Positions 44,968 to 57,078 are shown, numbered from the stretch's first letter. The stretch is DNA of 64,000 nucleotides from an uncultured Acidimicrobiales bacterium (GCA_963796415.1 CAWCLR010000014.1:157973-221972); one strand, 5' to 3'. Program-made: numbers and translations. The notes: generated from the letters alone by a model not told the origin.

Positions 44968-45465
44968 TCAGTCGTGGCGGCCGGCGCGGGCGATGGCGCG
45001 GCGGGCCTCGCGCTCGGCGTCTCGCTCGGCCAGCACCTGGCGCTTGTCGTAGGTCTTGCGGCCGCGGGCGAGCGCCAGCTCGACCTTGGCCCGCCCGTCC
45101 TTGAAGTACAGCGACAGCGGGACGAGCGACAGGTGCTGCTCGTCGACGATGTGGCGCAGGCGGTCGAGCTCGGACCGGTGCAGCAGCAGCTTGCGCCGGC
45201 GCTCGGGCTCGTGCCCCGAGTACTCCTGGGCGTGCGAGTAGACACCGATGTGCATGGACATCAGCCACGCCTCGTCGCCCTCGAAGCGGGCGAAGGCGTC
45301 GCCGATCTGGGCGTGGCCGTCGCGCAGCGACTTCACCTCACTGCCCCGCAGCACCAGCCCGGCCTCGACCGTCTCGAGGATCTCGTAGTTGCGCCGGGCG
45401 CGCCGGTTGGCGGCGATCAGCGTGGTGCCGGAGGAGCGGTCGGTACGGGGGGTCGAGCGGGCCAT
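44968..45465 (-). CDS. smpB: SsrA-binding protein SmpB
   Basis: IAANRRARRNYEILETVEAGLVLRGSEVKSLR...KLLLHRSEL...KDGRAKVELALARGRKTYDKR. Confidence 0.95.
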   Translation of the reverse strand: MARSTPRTDRSSGTTLIAANRRARRNYEILETVEAGLVLRGSEVKSLRDGHAQIGDAFARFEGDEAWLMSMHIGVYSHAQEYSGHEPERRRKLLLHRSELDRLRHIVDEQHLSLVPLSLYFKDGRAKVELALARGRKTYDKRQVLAERDAEREARRAIARAGRHD

Positions 45466-45509
45466 GGGAACGGATCAGGGTACCGCCGGGGGCGGCCGCC
45501 CGTGCCCGG

Positions 45510-45869
45510 TCATTCCCCGTCGTCGCCGAGGTGCTCGGCGGCCACGCGCTTCGGCACGACCATGCGCCAGGCGTCGAGCACGATCTCGCGGACCTCGTCG
45601 TCGTCGACCGCGTCGAGGCGGACGACGACCCAGTTGTACCGGAGGTCGGCCTTGCCGGGCATGAGGAACTTGTCGGGCTCGGACTCGACGAGGGCCTCGC
45701 GCTCCTCCTTCGGGAAGGCGAAGCCCATCGTGGCCTCGTCGCGCGAGAACGCCAGGTAGACGATTTGCCCGACCCGGAACTTCACGCGGTCCCGCACCAG
45801 CGCCTCGTACGAGCGCGGCAGGGTCGAGGCCAGGGCCCGCACGGTCTCGATCGTCGCCACCCTCCGCAC
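45510..45869 (-). CDS. MmcQ/YjbR-family protein
   Basis: 119 aa. The pattern FRVGQIVYLAFSRDEATMGF resembles YjbR-like proteins. Assignment by eye only. Confidence 0.6.
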   Translation of the reverse strand: MRRVATIETVRALASTLPRSYEALVRDRVKFRVGQIVYLAFSRDEATMGFAFPKEEREALVESEPDKFLMPGKADLRYNWVVVRLDAVDDDEVREIVLDAWRMVVPKRVAAEHLGDDGE

Positions 45870-45934
45870 GTTAGGGCGCCGCCCCGCTTCCGCACGGTAG
45901 GGCGTCGTCCCGCTCGGCAGTAACGTCCGTCGGC

Positions 45935-46342
45935 GTGTTGTCGCTGACCGAGGATGTGTGGCACCAGATGGTCGGGCACGCCCACGGCGGCCTGCCCGAC
46001 GAGGCCTGTGGCCTGCTTGGCGGCGATCCGGAGAACGGCGAGGTCACGGTGTTCTACCCGTGCCGCAACGCGGCGGAGTCCAGCCGCGTCTACACGGTCG
46101 ACCCCCGCGACCACCTGCGGGCCGACCGTGACGCCGAGGGCCGCGGCCTCGAGATCATCGGCGTGATGCACAGCCACACCCACACCGAGGCCTACCCGTC
46201 GCCCACCGACGTGGCCCAGGCGCCCGACCCGGCCTGGCACTACGTCATCGTCTCGCTCAAGCGCGAGGAGGCGGTGCTGCGGTCCTACCGGATCGTGGAC
46301 GGCAGGATCACCGAGGAGGGCGTGACGCTGGCCGGTGGGTAG
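45935..46342 (+). CDS. mec: JAMM/MPN+ metalloprotease (Mec-type, CysO-cysteine peptidase-like)
   Basis: JAMM motif HSHTHTEAYPSPTD with an upstream EACG, and adjacency to cysM. Confidence 0.85.
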   Translation: MLSLTEDVWHQMVGHAHGGLPDEACGLLGGDPENGEVTVFYPCRNAAESSRVYTVDPRDHLRADRDAEGRGLEIIGVMHSHTHTEAYPSPTDVAQAPDPAWHYVIVSLKREEAVLRSYRIVDGRITEEGVTLAGG

Positions 46343-46395
46343 GATTGTCGACCGGAACACTCGACTTTCGGCGACGATCCAGGATCCGACCACGC

Positions 46396-47343
46396 ATGGC
46401 CGTCTACTCCTCCATCCTCGACCTCATCGGCGACACGCCGATGGTCGACGTGACCAGCCTCAGCCCCAACCCCGACGTGCGCATCCTCGCCAAGCTCGAG
46501 GGCCAGAACCCGGCGGGATCGATCAAGGACCGCATCGCCTGGAACATGGTCCGTGAGGCCGAGGCCGATGGGGTGCTCACCCCCGGCCGCACGATCATCG
46601 AGCCGTCGTCGGGCAACACCGGCATCGCGCTGTCGATGATCGCCCGCCTGCGCGGCTACCCGATCAAGATCGTGATGCCCGAGAACGTGTCGGTCGAGCG
46701 GCGCCAAGCCCTCGAGGTGTGGGGCGCCGAGATCATCGTGACCCCGGGGGAGGAAGGGTCGAACGGCGCGGTCGCCCGGGCCCGGTCCCTGGCCGACGAG
46801 CACCCCGAGTGGGCGTTCCTGTACCAGTACGCCAACGAGGCCAACCCGCGGGCGCACTACGAGGCCACCGGGCCCGAGATCTGGCGCGACTGCCCCGAGA
46901 TCACGCATTTCGTGGCCGGCCTCGGCACGACGGGCACGCTCATGGGGGTGGGTCGGTTCCTCAAGGAGCAGAACCCCGACGTCAAGATCGTGGCCATCGA
47001 GCCGCCGCTCGGCGAGCGGGTCGAGGGGCTGCGCAACCTCGACGAGGGGTACATCCCGCCGGTGTACGAGAAGTGGGGCGGGCCCGAGCTGCTCGACCGC
47101 AAGCGCATCGTCCGGCCCCGCGAGTCGATCGAGTGGACCCGGCGCCTGGCGGACGTGGGCATCTTCTCGGGCATCTCGGGCGGCGCCGCCCTGGCTGGCG
47201 CAGCGAAGGTCGCGGGCGAGGTCGCGCGCGGGACGATCGTGGTCATCCTGGCCGACGGCGGGTGGAAGTACCTCTCGACCGGCGCCTGGACGGGCGACAT
47301 CGACGAGGTCGCGGCCCTCGCCGAGAAGCTCATCGTCTTCTGA
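46396..47343 (+). CDS. cysM: cysteine synthase (CysM-type, PLP-dependent)
   Basis: PLP Lys region NPAGSIKDR, SSGNTGIAL, GTTGTLMG, and a C-terminal ADGGWKYLSTGAW like mycobacterial CysM. Confidence 0.9.
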   Translation: MAVYSSILDLIGDTPMVDVTSLSPNPDVRILAKLEGQNPAGSIKDRIAWNMVREAEADGVLTPGRTIIEPSSGNTGIALSMIARLRGYPIKIVMPENVSVERRQALEVWGAEIIVTPGEEGSNGAVARARSLADEHPEWAFLYQYANEANPRAHYEATGPEIWRDCPEITHFVAGLGTTGTLMGVGRFLKEQNPDVKIVAIEPPLGERVEGLRNLDEGYIPPVYEKWGGPELLDRKRIVRPRESIEWTRRLADVGIFSGISGGAALAGAAKVAGEVARGTIVVILADGGWKYLSTGAWTGDIDEVAALAEKLIVF

Positions 47344-47376
47344 CCACGGCCGCCGAGGCGCCGGAGGGGTGGTGAC

Positions 47377-48273
47377 GTGAAGGTACGGATCGGGATGGGG
47401 CTCGGCACGCAGACGCTCGCGGCCGACGCCGAGCGCTTCGCCGGCTTCGTCGACGCGCTGGAGCAGCGCGGCTTCGACTCGCTGTGGCTCAGCGAGCGGC
47501 TCACCGGCCCGGCCCCCGACCCGCTGGTCGCGCTGGCGGTCGCCGCGGGCCGCACCCGAAGGCTCAAGCTCGGCACGAGCGTGCTCGTCGTTCCGGGGCG
47601 CAACCCGGTCGTGCTGGCCAAGGAGCTGGCCAGCCTCGACCGTCTGTCGGGCGGCCGGCTGCTGCCGGGCGTCGGGCTCGGTGCGCCGGTGCCGGCCGAG
47701 CACCGGGCGTTCGGGGTCGAGCGCACGGCCCGGGCCGGCCTGTTCGACGAGGCCGTGACCCTGATGCGCCGCCTGTGGACCGAGGACGACGTCCACCACG
47801 ACGGCGAGCACTTCCACGTCGAGGGCGTGACGCTGCTGCCCCGCCCGGTGCAGCAGCCGATCGACGTGTGGCTGGGCGGCACCGCGCCGTCCGAGCTGCG
47901 CCGCACCGGACGGCTCGGCGACGGCTGGCTGCCGTCGTTCACGGTGCCGGCCGAGGTCGAGGCGGGCTGGGCGACGATCACCGAGGTGGCGGCGCAGCAC
48001 GACCGGGCGATCGAGGCCGAGCACCTGGGCGTGCTGGTCATCTACACCCGGGGCGAGCTGCCCGACGCCATCGCCCAGGTGGTGGCGTCGCGCCGCCCCG
48101 AGCTCGACCCGCGCGACGTGGTGCCGCAGGGCATCGACGGGCTGCGACGCCAGCTCGAGCGGTTCATCGCGGTGGGGGCGTCCAAGTTCGTGGTGGTGCC
48201 GCTGGCCGACCCCGACGACTGGGACGCCGAGCTGACCGAGCTGGCCGGGACGATCCTGCCGCTCGAGACCTGA
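47377..48273 (+). CDS. LLM-class F420-dependent oxidoreductase
   Basis: Luciferase-like monooxygenase pattern (FDSLWLSERL, LGTSVLVVPGRNPVVLAKELASLDRLSGGRL). The GTG start is preceded by GGAGGGG. Confidence 0.85.
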   Translation: MKVRIGMGLGTQTLAADAERFAGFVDALEQRGFDSLWLSERLTGPAPDPLVALAVAAGRTRRLKLGTSVLVVPGRNPVVLAKELASLDRLSGGRLLPGVGLGAPVPAEHRAFGVERTARAGLFDEAVTLMRRLWTEDDVHHDGEHFHVEGVTLLPRPVQQPIDVWLGGTAPSELRRTGRLGDGWLPSFTVPAEVEAGWATITEVAAQHDRAIEAEHLGVLVIYTRGELPDAIAQVVASRRPELDPRDVVPQGIDGLRRQLERFIAVGASKFVVVPLADPDDWDAELTELAGTILPLET

Positions 48274-48343
48274 CGAACCCCGAACCGGGGATGGTCGTCA
48301 GGTCATATGCCTGACGGCCATCCCCAGTTGCGAACGGTGGGCG

Positions 48344-48905
48344 TCAGAGGTTCGTGACGATCAGGGCCACGCCGAACACGGCGAACAGGACGGCCGAGCC
48401 GATGCGGGTCGCCCGCTCGGGCAGGCGGGCGCCGAACACCCGGCCGAGCAGGACGCCGAGCGTGCCCGCCAGGACGATGCCGATGGTGGCGCCGATCCAC
48501 ACGAGGACCGGGTTGCCCTGGGCCGCCAGCGTGGCGGTGGCGAGCATGGTCTTGTCGCCCAGCTCGGCGATGAACATGGCGGTGGCGACCGACAGCACGA
48601 TCGAGCGTTGGCCCGTCGTCGCTCCCTCCTCGTCCTCCTCGTCGTCGTCGTTCCAGCAGCGTCCACGCCGCGAAGCCGAGGAACAGCACGCCGCCGCCCA
48701 GTCCGATGGCGCGGGTCGGCAGCGTGGCCCCGAGCAGGCCGCCGACGACGACCGACAGCAGGTTGGTCGCCATGTAGGCGATCACGACCCCGGTGATGAC
48801 GGGGGCGAGCCGGTGGCGGGCGCCGAAGCCGAGGGCGACCAGCTGTGTCTTGTCGCCCAGCTCGGCGATGAACACGAGGCCCAGGGCCGCCAGCAGTGAC
48901 TCCAC
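48344..48905 (-). pseudogene. UPF0016/GDT1 (TMEM165)-family cation (Mn2+/Ca2+) transporter with one frameshift between the two repeats
   Basis: Two E-x-G-D-K-T repeats are present. FIAELGDKTQL is in ORF 48303-48905 and FIAELGDKTML is in ORF 48344-48598. The frames join across the acidic linker (..WTLLE/DDDEEDEEGATTGQ..) near 48648-48655. Confidence 0.85.
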
Positions 48906-48984
48906 GATGTGCTCTCCTCGGTTCCGGCTGACCGGGACCGGGGCACGCGCGACCTCGACCCCGGACGGCCTGCATGCGTCCAGA

Positions 48985-49085
48985 AGTCGAAGGTCTCGCC
49001 CGCCCGCACGAGTGCGGGCCGGCCGTCCGGGCAGGTATCTGCCAGCGTGTCGAACGGCCGTCGAGGGGCTACTCCCCTTCAGCTC
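48985..49085 (-). promoter_or_regulatory. yybP-ykoY (Mn2+) riboswitch
   Basis: The reverse strand reads GAAGGGGAGUAGC...GGCAGAUACCUGCC...GGCGAGACCUUC. This contains the invariant GGGGAGUAG (L1), a CAUAC-like AGAUAC element and a 3' GAGACCUU closing P1 with GAAGG/CCUUC. It lies ~80 nt upstream of the GDT1 gene, a known regulated gene class. Confidence 0.75.
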
Positions 49086-49186
49086 CGCTCACGCTATGGG
49101 GAGGGACGGCGCCCGCCAACCCGACGTGTCGGGTGACACGTCCCCTGGTTTGTGCATAGAGTGTGCAAGAACTTCGGAGGGCCGAC

Positions 49187-50341
49187 GTGAACGAGCGCAG
49201 CGAGCGAACTGACAGCACGGTGCGGACACCTGACACCGACCAGGTCGAGTACGACGAGGCCGAGCTGCTCGCCTCGCACGACTACGCCGAGCCGCTGATC
49301 GTGGGCGGCGTCCGCTGCCACGGCGGGTTCGCCGACGACGGCACCTACGTCTCGCCCCGCACCGCCAACCGCGTGCCGGCCATCGCCGCATGGCAGGCCA
49401 AGCACCGGCGGGACTTCGGCACCGAGCTGCTCGACCTGCCGCTCGACACCTGGCCCGAGCACTACCCGAACGTCGCCCAGGCCCGGTTCCTCATCGAGAA
49501 CGGCATCCCCGACCCGATCAGCGCCACGCTGACCCGCGTCGGCACGGTCGAGGGGTTCGGGGCGCTGATCCGGTACGAGGCCATTCCCGACATGCGGCGC
49601 GTGGTGGACGAGGACGTGTCCGGCACCGCGCTGGCCCATCTCGGGTCGGGGCTGTTCGAGGCGCACGCCCGCGACGAGGCCGGCTTCGACGGCGAGGGCG
49701 GCCACGAGCACATGTGGTACGCCGCCCGCGACGTGGCGTTCGAGAACCCGGTCACCGAGGACCAGCGGGCCCTCATGCTCGAGCGGTTGGGGATCGCGCC
49801 CCCGGGAAGCGGCGGCAAGATCGACGCCGCCGCCCTCCGGGCCACCGCGCTCGCCAACCGCAAGTGGCCGAGCGACGTCGACTTCGACTTCGAGTCGCTG
49901 ATCGCCCGCATGGTGCGCCTGCTCCTCATCGAGATCTCGGCGTTCCACACGTTCGCCTGGGCGGAGGAGCTGCTGGCCGACCCCGACCTGGTGGCCGGCG
50001 ACGGCGAGGGCGCCCGGCTCGTGTCGTACATCCGGGCCGACGAGACGCCGCACGTCGACTACCTGCGCACCGCGTTGTCCGAGCTCCGCGACCGGACGAT
50101 CGTGGGCGAAGGCGGGCGCAAGCACGCCGGCGCCGACCTGGTCGGCGCCACGTGGGACCGCGCCCTCGCCCTGTCGATCGGCCCCAACCGGCAGGCGACC
50201 CTCGAGACCACGTGGGGCGAGGTGCGGCACGCCGTCGGCGACCGTCCCGGCGCGGCCGACCTCCTGGCCCGGTTCGACGAGCTGGGCTCGGTCCGTCGTC
50301 GGGACGACGGCTCCTGGGTCGAGGCGCCCGCCGCGGCCTGA
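49187..50341 (+). CDS. conserved hypothetical protein; possible ferritin-like/di-iron fold
   Basis: Long ORF with high GC3. GTG 49187 is preceded by GGAGGG (alternative GTG at 49163). It contains ExxH-like elements (EAHARDE, GHEHMW, ADETPH). The fold is inferred only. Confidence 0.65.
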   Translation: MNERSERTDSTVRTPDTDQVEYDEAELLASHDYAEPLIVGGVRCHGGFADDGTYVSPRTANRVPAIAAWQAKHRRDFGTELLDLPLDTWPEHYPNVAQARFLIENGIPDPISATLTRVGTVEGFGALIRYEAIPDMRRVVDEDVSGTALAHLGSGLFEAHARDEAGFDGEGGHEHMWYAARDVAFENPVTEDQRALMLERLGIAPPGSGGKIDAAALRATALANRKWPSDVDFDFESLIARMVRLLLIEISAFHTFAWAEELLADPDLVAGDGEGARLVSYIRADETPHVDYLRTALSELRDRTIVGEGGRKHAGADLVGATWDRALALSIGPNRQATLETTWGEVRHAVGDRPGAADLLARFDELGSVRRRDDGSWVEAPAAA

Positions 50342-50404
50342 TCCGCCGCTCGGGCCCGTGTGGCGCGTGCCACACGGAACGCGCGCTCGCATAACCTGCG
50401 CCCC

Positions 50405-51151
50405 GTGGACGACCCCGCCGGCGGTCTCACGCTCACGGTGCTCGGGTGCTCGGGGACCTACGCCGCGCCCGACGGGGCCTGCAGCGGCTACCTGGTGCGG
50501 TCGGCGTCGACGACGCTGGCCGTCGACCTCGGCTCGGGCACGCTCGCGAACCTGCAGCGCCACGTCGAGATCGCGGACCTCGACGCGCTCGTGCTCTCCC
50601 ACGAGCACCCCGACCACTGGCTCGACCTCCCGCTGCTCCGCAACGCCATGCGGTACGTGCTCGACCTCGCCGACCTGCCCGTGTTCGGCACGGCCGGCAC
50701 GGCCCGCCTCGCCGGCCAGCTCATCAGCGAGATGGCGCCGACCCTACGGTGGACGGTGGTCGACGGCGCGTCCGAGGTGACGGTCGGCGACCTGGCGGTG
50801 CGGTTCGGTCGCACCGACCACCCGGTCGACACCCTGGCCGTGCGCGTCGACGGTGCCGGCCGGTCGCTGCTGTACTCGGCCGACACGGGCTCGGCCTGGG
50901 ATCCGCGGCCGCTCGGCACCGGCGTCGACGTCCTCCTCTGCGAGGCGTCGCTGCCGGCGGGGGAGGAGGACCGGTTCGAGCACCTGTCGGGGCGCCAGGC
51001 CGGGGCCTACGCGACCGCGCTCGGTGCCGGCCGGCTGGTCCTCACCCACATCGCACCGGGGGTCGATCCCGACGACCAGCGGCGAGCGGCGGCCGGCGAG
51101 TACGGGGGCCCGATCGAGGGGGCGACGCCCGGCGCCGTCTTCCCGATCTGA
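50405..51151 (+). CDS. MBL-fold metallo-hydrolase
   Basis: [10 protein letters not shown] and the HxHxDH motif ([10 protein letters not shown]), located upstream of rph as in many Actinobacteria. The start could also be ATG 50360. Confidence 0.8.
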   Translation: MDDPAGGLTLTVLGCSGTYAAPDGACSGYLVRSASTTLAVDLGSGTLANLQRHVEIADLDALVLSHEHPDHWLDLPLLRNAMRYVLDLADLPVFGTAGTARLAGQLISEMAPTLRWTVVDGASEVTVGDLAVRFGRTDHPVDTLAVRVDGAGRSLLYSADTGSAWDPRPLGTGVDVLLCEASLPAGEEDRFEHLSGRQAGAYATALGAGRLVLTHIAPGVDPDDQRRAAAGEYGGPIEGATPGAVFPI

Positions 51152-51216
51152 CGGCGCCCGCGCCCGACGTCGCCGGGCATGCGGTCCGCGTGGCCGCGAC
51201 GGTTACCGTGCGGGCG

Positions 51217-51966
51217 ATGAGAGCCGACGGACGTGCCCCCGACGAGCTGCGACCGATCTCGTTCGCCCGCGACTTCACCGAGATGGCGGCGGGCTCGTGC
51301 CTCGTCAGCTTCGGGAGGACCCGGGTGCTCTGCACGGCGTCGATCGACGAGGAGGTGCCCCGCTGGATGCGGGGCCGCGGCACCGGCTGGGTGACCGCCG
51401 AGTACTCGATGCTGCCGGGCTCGTCGCCCGAGCGCGTGCGGCGCGAGGTCAAGGATGGCCGGCCCTCGGGGCGCAGCCAGGAGATCCAGCGGCTGATCGG
51501 GCGGGCGCTGCGGTCGGTGTGCGACATGCGGGCGCTGGGCGAGCGCCAGGTCATCGTCGACTGCGACGTGCTCCAGGCCGACGGCGGCACCCGCACCGCC
51601 TCGATCTGCGGCGGCTACGTGGCGCTGCACGACGCGCTGACCCGCCTCCTGCAGCAGACGGCTGTCGCCACCCACCCGCTCACCGCCTTCTGCGCCGCCG
51701 TCTCGGTCGGGGTGGTCGATGGTGTGCCCGTCCTCGACCTGCCGTACGTCGAGGACAGCACGGCCGACGTCGACATGAACGTCGTGATGACGTCTGCGGG
51801 GCGGTTCGTCGAGGTCCAAGGCACGGCCGAGGGCCAGGCGTCGTTCACCCGGGCCGAGCTCGACAGCCTCCTGGGCCTGGCCGAGAAGGGCATCGCCGAG
51901 CTCATCGAGCTGCAGCGGGCCACGGTGGCCGAGCCGCCCCCGCCGCGCCCGTCGTCGCCCATGTGA
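51217..51966 (+). CDS. rph: ribonuclease PH
   Basis: [54 protein letters not shown]. Confidence 0.93.
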   Translation: MRADGRAPDELRPISFARDFTEMAAGSCLVSFGRTRVLCTASIDEEVPRWMRGRGTGWVTAEYSMLPGSSPERVRREVKDGRPSGRSQEIQRLIGRALRSVCDMRALGERQVIVDCDVLQADGGTRTASICGGYVALHDALTRLLQQTAVATHPLTAFCAAVSVGVVDGVPVLDLPYVEDSTADVDMNVVMTSAGRFVEVQGTAEGQASFTRAELDSLLGLAEKGIAELIELQRATVAEPPPPRPSSPM

Positions 51967-52024
51967 GCGAGCGCAGCGAGCGAACCATGAGCACAGCGCC
52001 CTCCCCGGCCCGAAGGGCCGACGT

Positions 52025-52059
52025 GTCATTGCGCGCATCCCGAAGGGTGCGCCAATGAC
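52025..52059 (+). promoter_or_regulatory. strong hairpin enclosing the rdgB start codon
   Basis: GTCATTG-CGCGCATCCC-GAA-GGGTGCGC-CAATGAC. The ATG of rdgB (52055-52057) lies in the 3' arm. A second CCCGAAGGG-core hairpin is at 52007-52019. Confidence 0.4.
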
Positions 52060-52630
52060 GCGGGTGCTCCTGGCCACGGGCAACGCCCACAAGGTGGCCG
52101 AGATCCAGCAGATCCTGGGCGACGCCTGGCACGTCGAGGCGCAGGACCCCGGCGTCGAGGAGACCGGCGCCACGTTCGAGGAGAACGCCCTGATCAAGGC
52201 CCGCGCCCTGGCCGCCGCCACGGGCGAGGTGGCCGTCGCCGACGACTCGGGCATCGAGATCGACGCCCTCGGCGGGGCGCCGGGCGTGCGCTCGGCCCGC
52301 TGGACGCACGAGGGCGACTGGATCCCCCGTGTGCTGCGCGACCTCGACGGCGTGCCGGCGTCGGGTCGGGGGTGCCGCTACGTCTGCGCCGCGGCCGCGG
52401 CGTGGCCGCCGGGCTCGGGCCCGGCCGGCCGGGACGAGGTGGTCGTGCGGGGGACGGTCGAGGGCACGGTGCCCGACGTCCCGCGGGGCGACGGCGGGTT
52501 CGGCTACGACCCGGTCATGGTCCCGGTCGAGGGCGACGGCCGCACCTTCGCCGAGATGACCGACGCCGAGAAGCACGCCCTCAGCCACCGCGGCCGCGCC
52601 TTCCGGGCCCTCCTCCCGCACCTGGCCTGA
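52055..52630 (+). CDS. rdgB: non-canonical purine NTP pyrophosphatase (RdgB/HAM1 family)
   Basis: LATGNAHKVAEI, DDSGIEIDALGGAPGVRSAR, GFGYDPV, SHRGRAF. Confidence 0.9.
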   Translation: MTRVLLATGNAHKVAEIQQILGDAWHVEAQDPGVEETGATFEENALIKARALAAATGEVAVADDSGIEIDALGGAPGVRSARWTHEGDWIPRVLRDLDGVPASGRGCRYVCAAAAAWPPGSGPAGRDEVVVRGTVEGTVPDVPRGDGGFGYDPVMVPVEGDGRTFAEMTDAEKHALSHRGRAFRALLPHLA

Positions 52631-52648
52631 CCTGGGCGGGAGCCCGGC

Positions 52649-55531
<2,883 letters not shown>

Positions 55532-55618
55532 GGGGTGCACCTCCGAGAGCGCGGACGGAGGCACCGTACCCACCTCGGGCGGGCACGCGGCGCGGCCCGT
55601 GAGGGCCGCGGGTGGGCG

Positions 55619-55921
55619 TCAGACGCCTCGGCGGCCGCGGGCGCCCGGCCACAGCGCGGCGACGAGCGCCAAGGCCACGCCGGCCTCGGCCAGGCCCCCG
55701 ATCTCGCGCTGGTTCTGGATGCGCCCGTGGAACCGATCCACCGCAGCCGGGAAGGGCGAACGCCCGACGAAGTGGACCCCGGGCTCGATGCCCTCACGCC
55801 CGTAGTGCAGCACCATGTCCATGCCGATGTGCGAGGCGACGGCGAGACCGAAGGCGAGCGCCGGCCGGCGCACCACGCGGCCGATCACGGCGCCCGCGAG
55901 GGCGTGGTTGGTGATGAACAC
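55619..55921 (-). CDS. small hypothetical (membrane-associated?) protein
   Basis: 100-codon ORF with very high GC3, 5 nt downstream of the LigD-polymerase gene stop. No confident family. Confidence 0.5.
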   Translation of the reverse strand: MFITNHALAGAVIGRVVRRPALAFGLAVASHIGMDMVLHYGREGIEPGVHFVGRSPFPAAVDRFHGRIQNQREIGGLAEAGVALALVAALWPGARGRRGV

Positions 55922-55925
55922 GGGG

Positions 55926-57020
55926 CTAGCCGGCCTCGGGGTCGCGGGCCCGGCTGGGGGCGACCCGGGGCGGCTCGTTCGGCATCTTCGGGTATACGGG
56001 CGGCCAGGGCGCGTCCATCAGCCCGTTGGCCATGTCGCGCTCGTGCATGGCGAGCAGCGGCTCGAGGGCCTGCGGATCGTCGGCCATGCCGGCCCACGGA
56101 TCGCCGCCGGCCGCCACGCGGGCGGGCACGGTGGCGATGGTCAGGTCGTCGGGGTGGACCTCGGCCAGCTCGTCCCACGACAGCGGCGTCGACACCTGGC
56201 CGCCGACCCGCGAGCGGGCCGACCAGGCGCCGAAGACCGTCTTGTGTGGGGCGTTCTGGTTGTAGTCGACGAAGATCCGCTGGCCCCGCTCCTCCTTCCA
56301 CCAGGCGGCCGTGAGGATGTCGGGCCGGCGGCGTTCGAGCTCGCGGGCCACGGCCACGGCCGCGGCCCGCACCTGGTAGGAGGTCCACTTCGGCTCGAGG
56401 CGGACGTACACGTGGACACCCCGGCTGGCGGTGGTCTTGGGGTGCCCGGCGATGCCGTGCTCGGCCAGCAGCGTGCGCAGCTCGCCGGCGGCCACCACGG
56501 CGTCGGCGAAGGCCGTGCCCGGCTGCGGGTCGAGGTCGATGCGCAGCTCGTCGACCCGATGGTCGGCCGGCATCTCCGCGGTGGGGTCGCGGCGGAAGCC
56601 CCACTCGTCGACCTCGCCGACCCCCAGGTCGTCGGCGGGGTCAGAGCGGTACGGCCAGACGTGGAACCCCAGGCAGGCGAGGTTCACCGCCCAGATCAGG
56701 TGGGCGACGTCCTTGGCGACCAGCGCTCGTGAGGTCGTCCCGTTGACCGTGCTGACGATGGTGGTCTCGAGCCAGTCGGGCGCGTTGTCGGGCACCCGCT
56801 TCTGGAAGAACGACTGGCCGCCCGCGCCGTGCGGGAAGCGCTGCATGAGCGTGGGCCGGTCGCCCATCGCCCGCATGATCGGCTCCTCGATCGCCAGGTA
56901 GTAGCGGACGAGGTCGAGCTTGGTCGCGCCCAGCTTCGGGAAGAACACCTTGTGGGGGCTGGTGACCCGCACCTCGCGGCCGGCGGCCTCGACCACCTCC
57001 GCGTCCTGCGACCGTGCCAT
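55926..57020 (-). CDS. ligD: non-homologous end-joining DNA polymerase/primase domain protein (LigD PolDom-like, stand-alone)
   Basis: VTSPHKVFFPKLGATKLDLVRYY, RFPHGAGGQSFFQKR, DELRIDLDP, KTTASRGVHVYV, IFVDYNQNAPHKT. Confidence 0.85.
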   Translation of the reverse strand: MARSQDAEVVEAAGREVRVTSPHKVFFPKLGATKLDLVRYYLAIEEPIMRAMGDRPTLMQRFPHGAGGQSFFQKRVPDNAPDWLETTIVSTVNGTTSRALVAKDVAHLIWAVNLACLGFHVWPYRSDPADDLGVGEVDEWGFRRDPTAEMPADHRVDELRIDLDPQPGTAFADAVVAAGELRTLLAEHGIAGHPKTTASRGVHVYVRLEPKWTSYQVRAAAVAVARELERRRPDILTAAWWKEERGQRIFVDYNQNAPHKTVFGAWSARSRVGGQVSTPLSWDELAEVHPDDLTIATVPARVAAGGDPWAGMADDPQALEPLLAMHERDMANGLMDAPWPPVYPKMPNEPPRVAPSRARDPEAG

Positions 57021-57078
57021 CGACGCGGACGGTAGCCCGTGCGGGACGGGTCCTGGGGGTGGCTTCCCGGCCGCCGGC

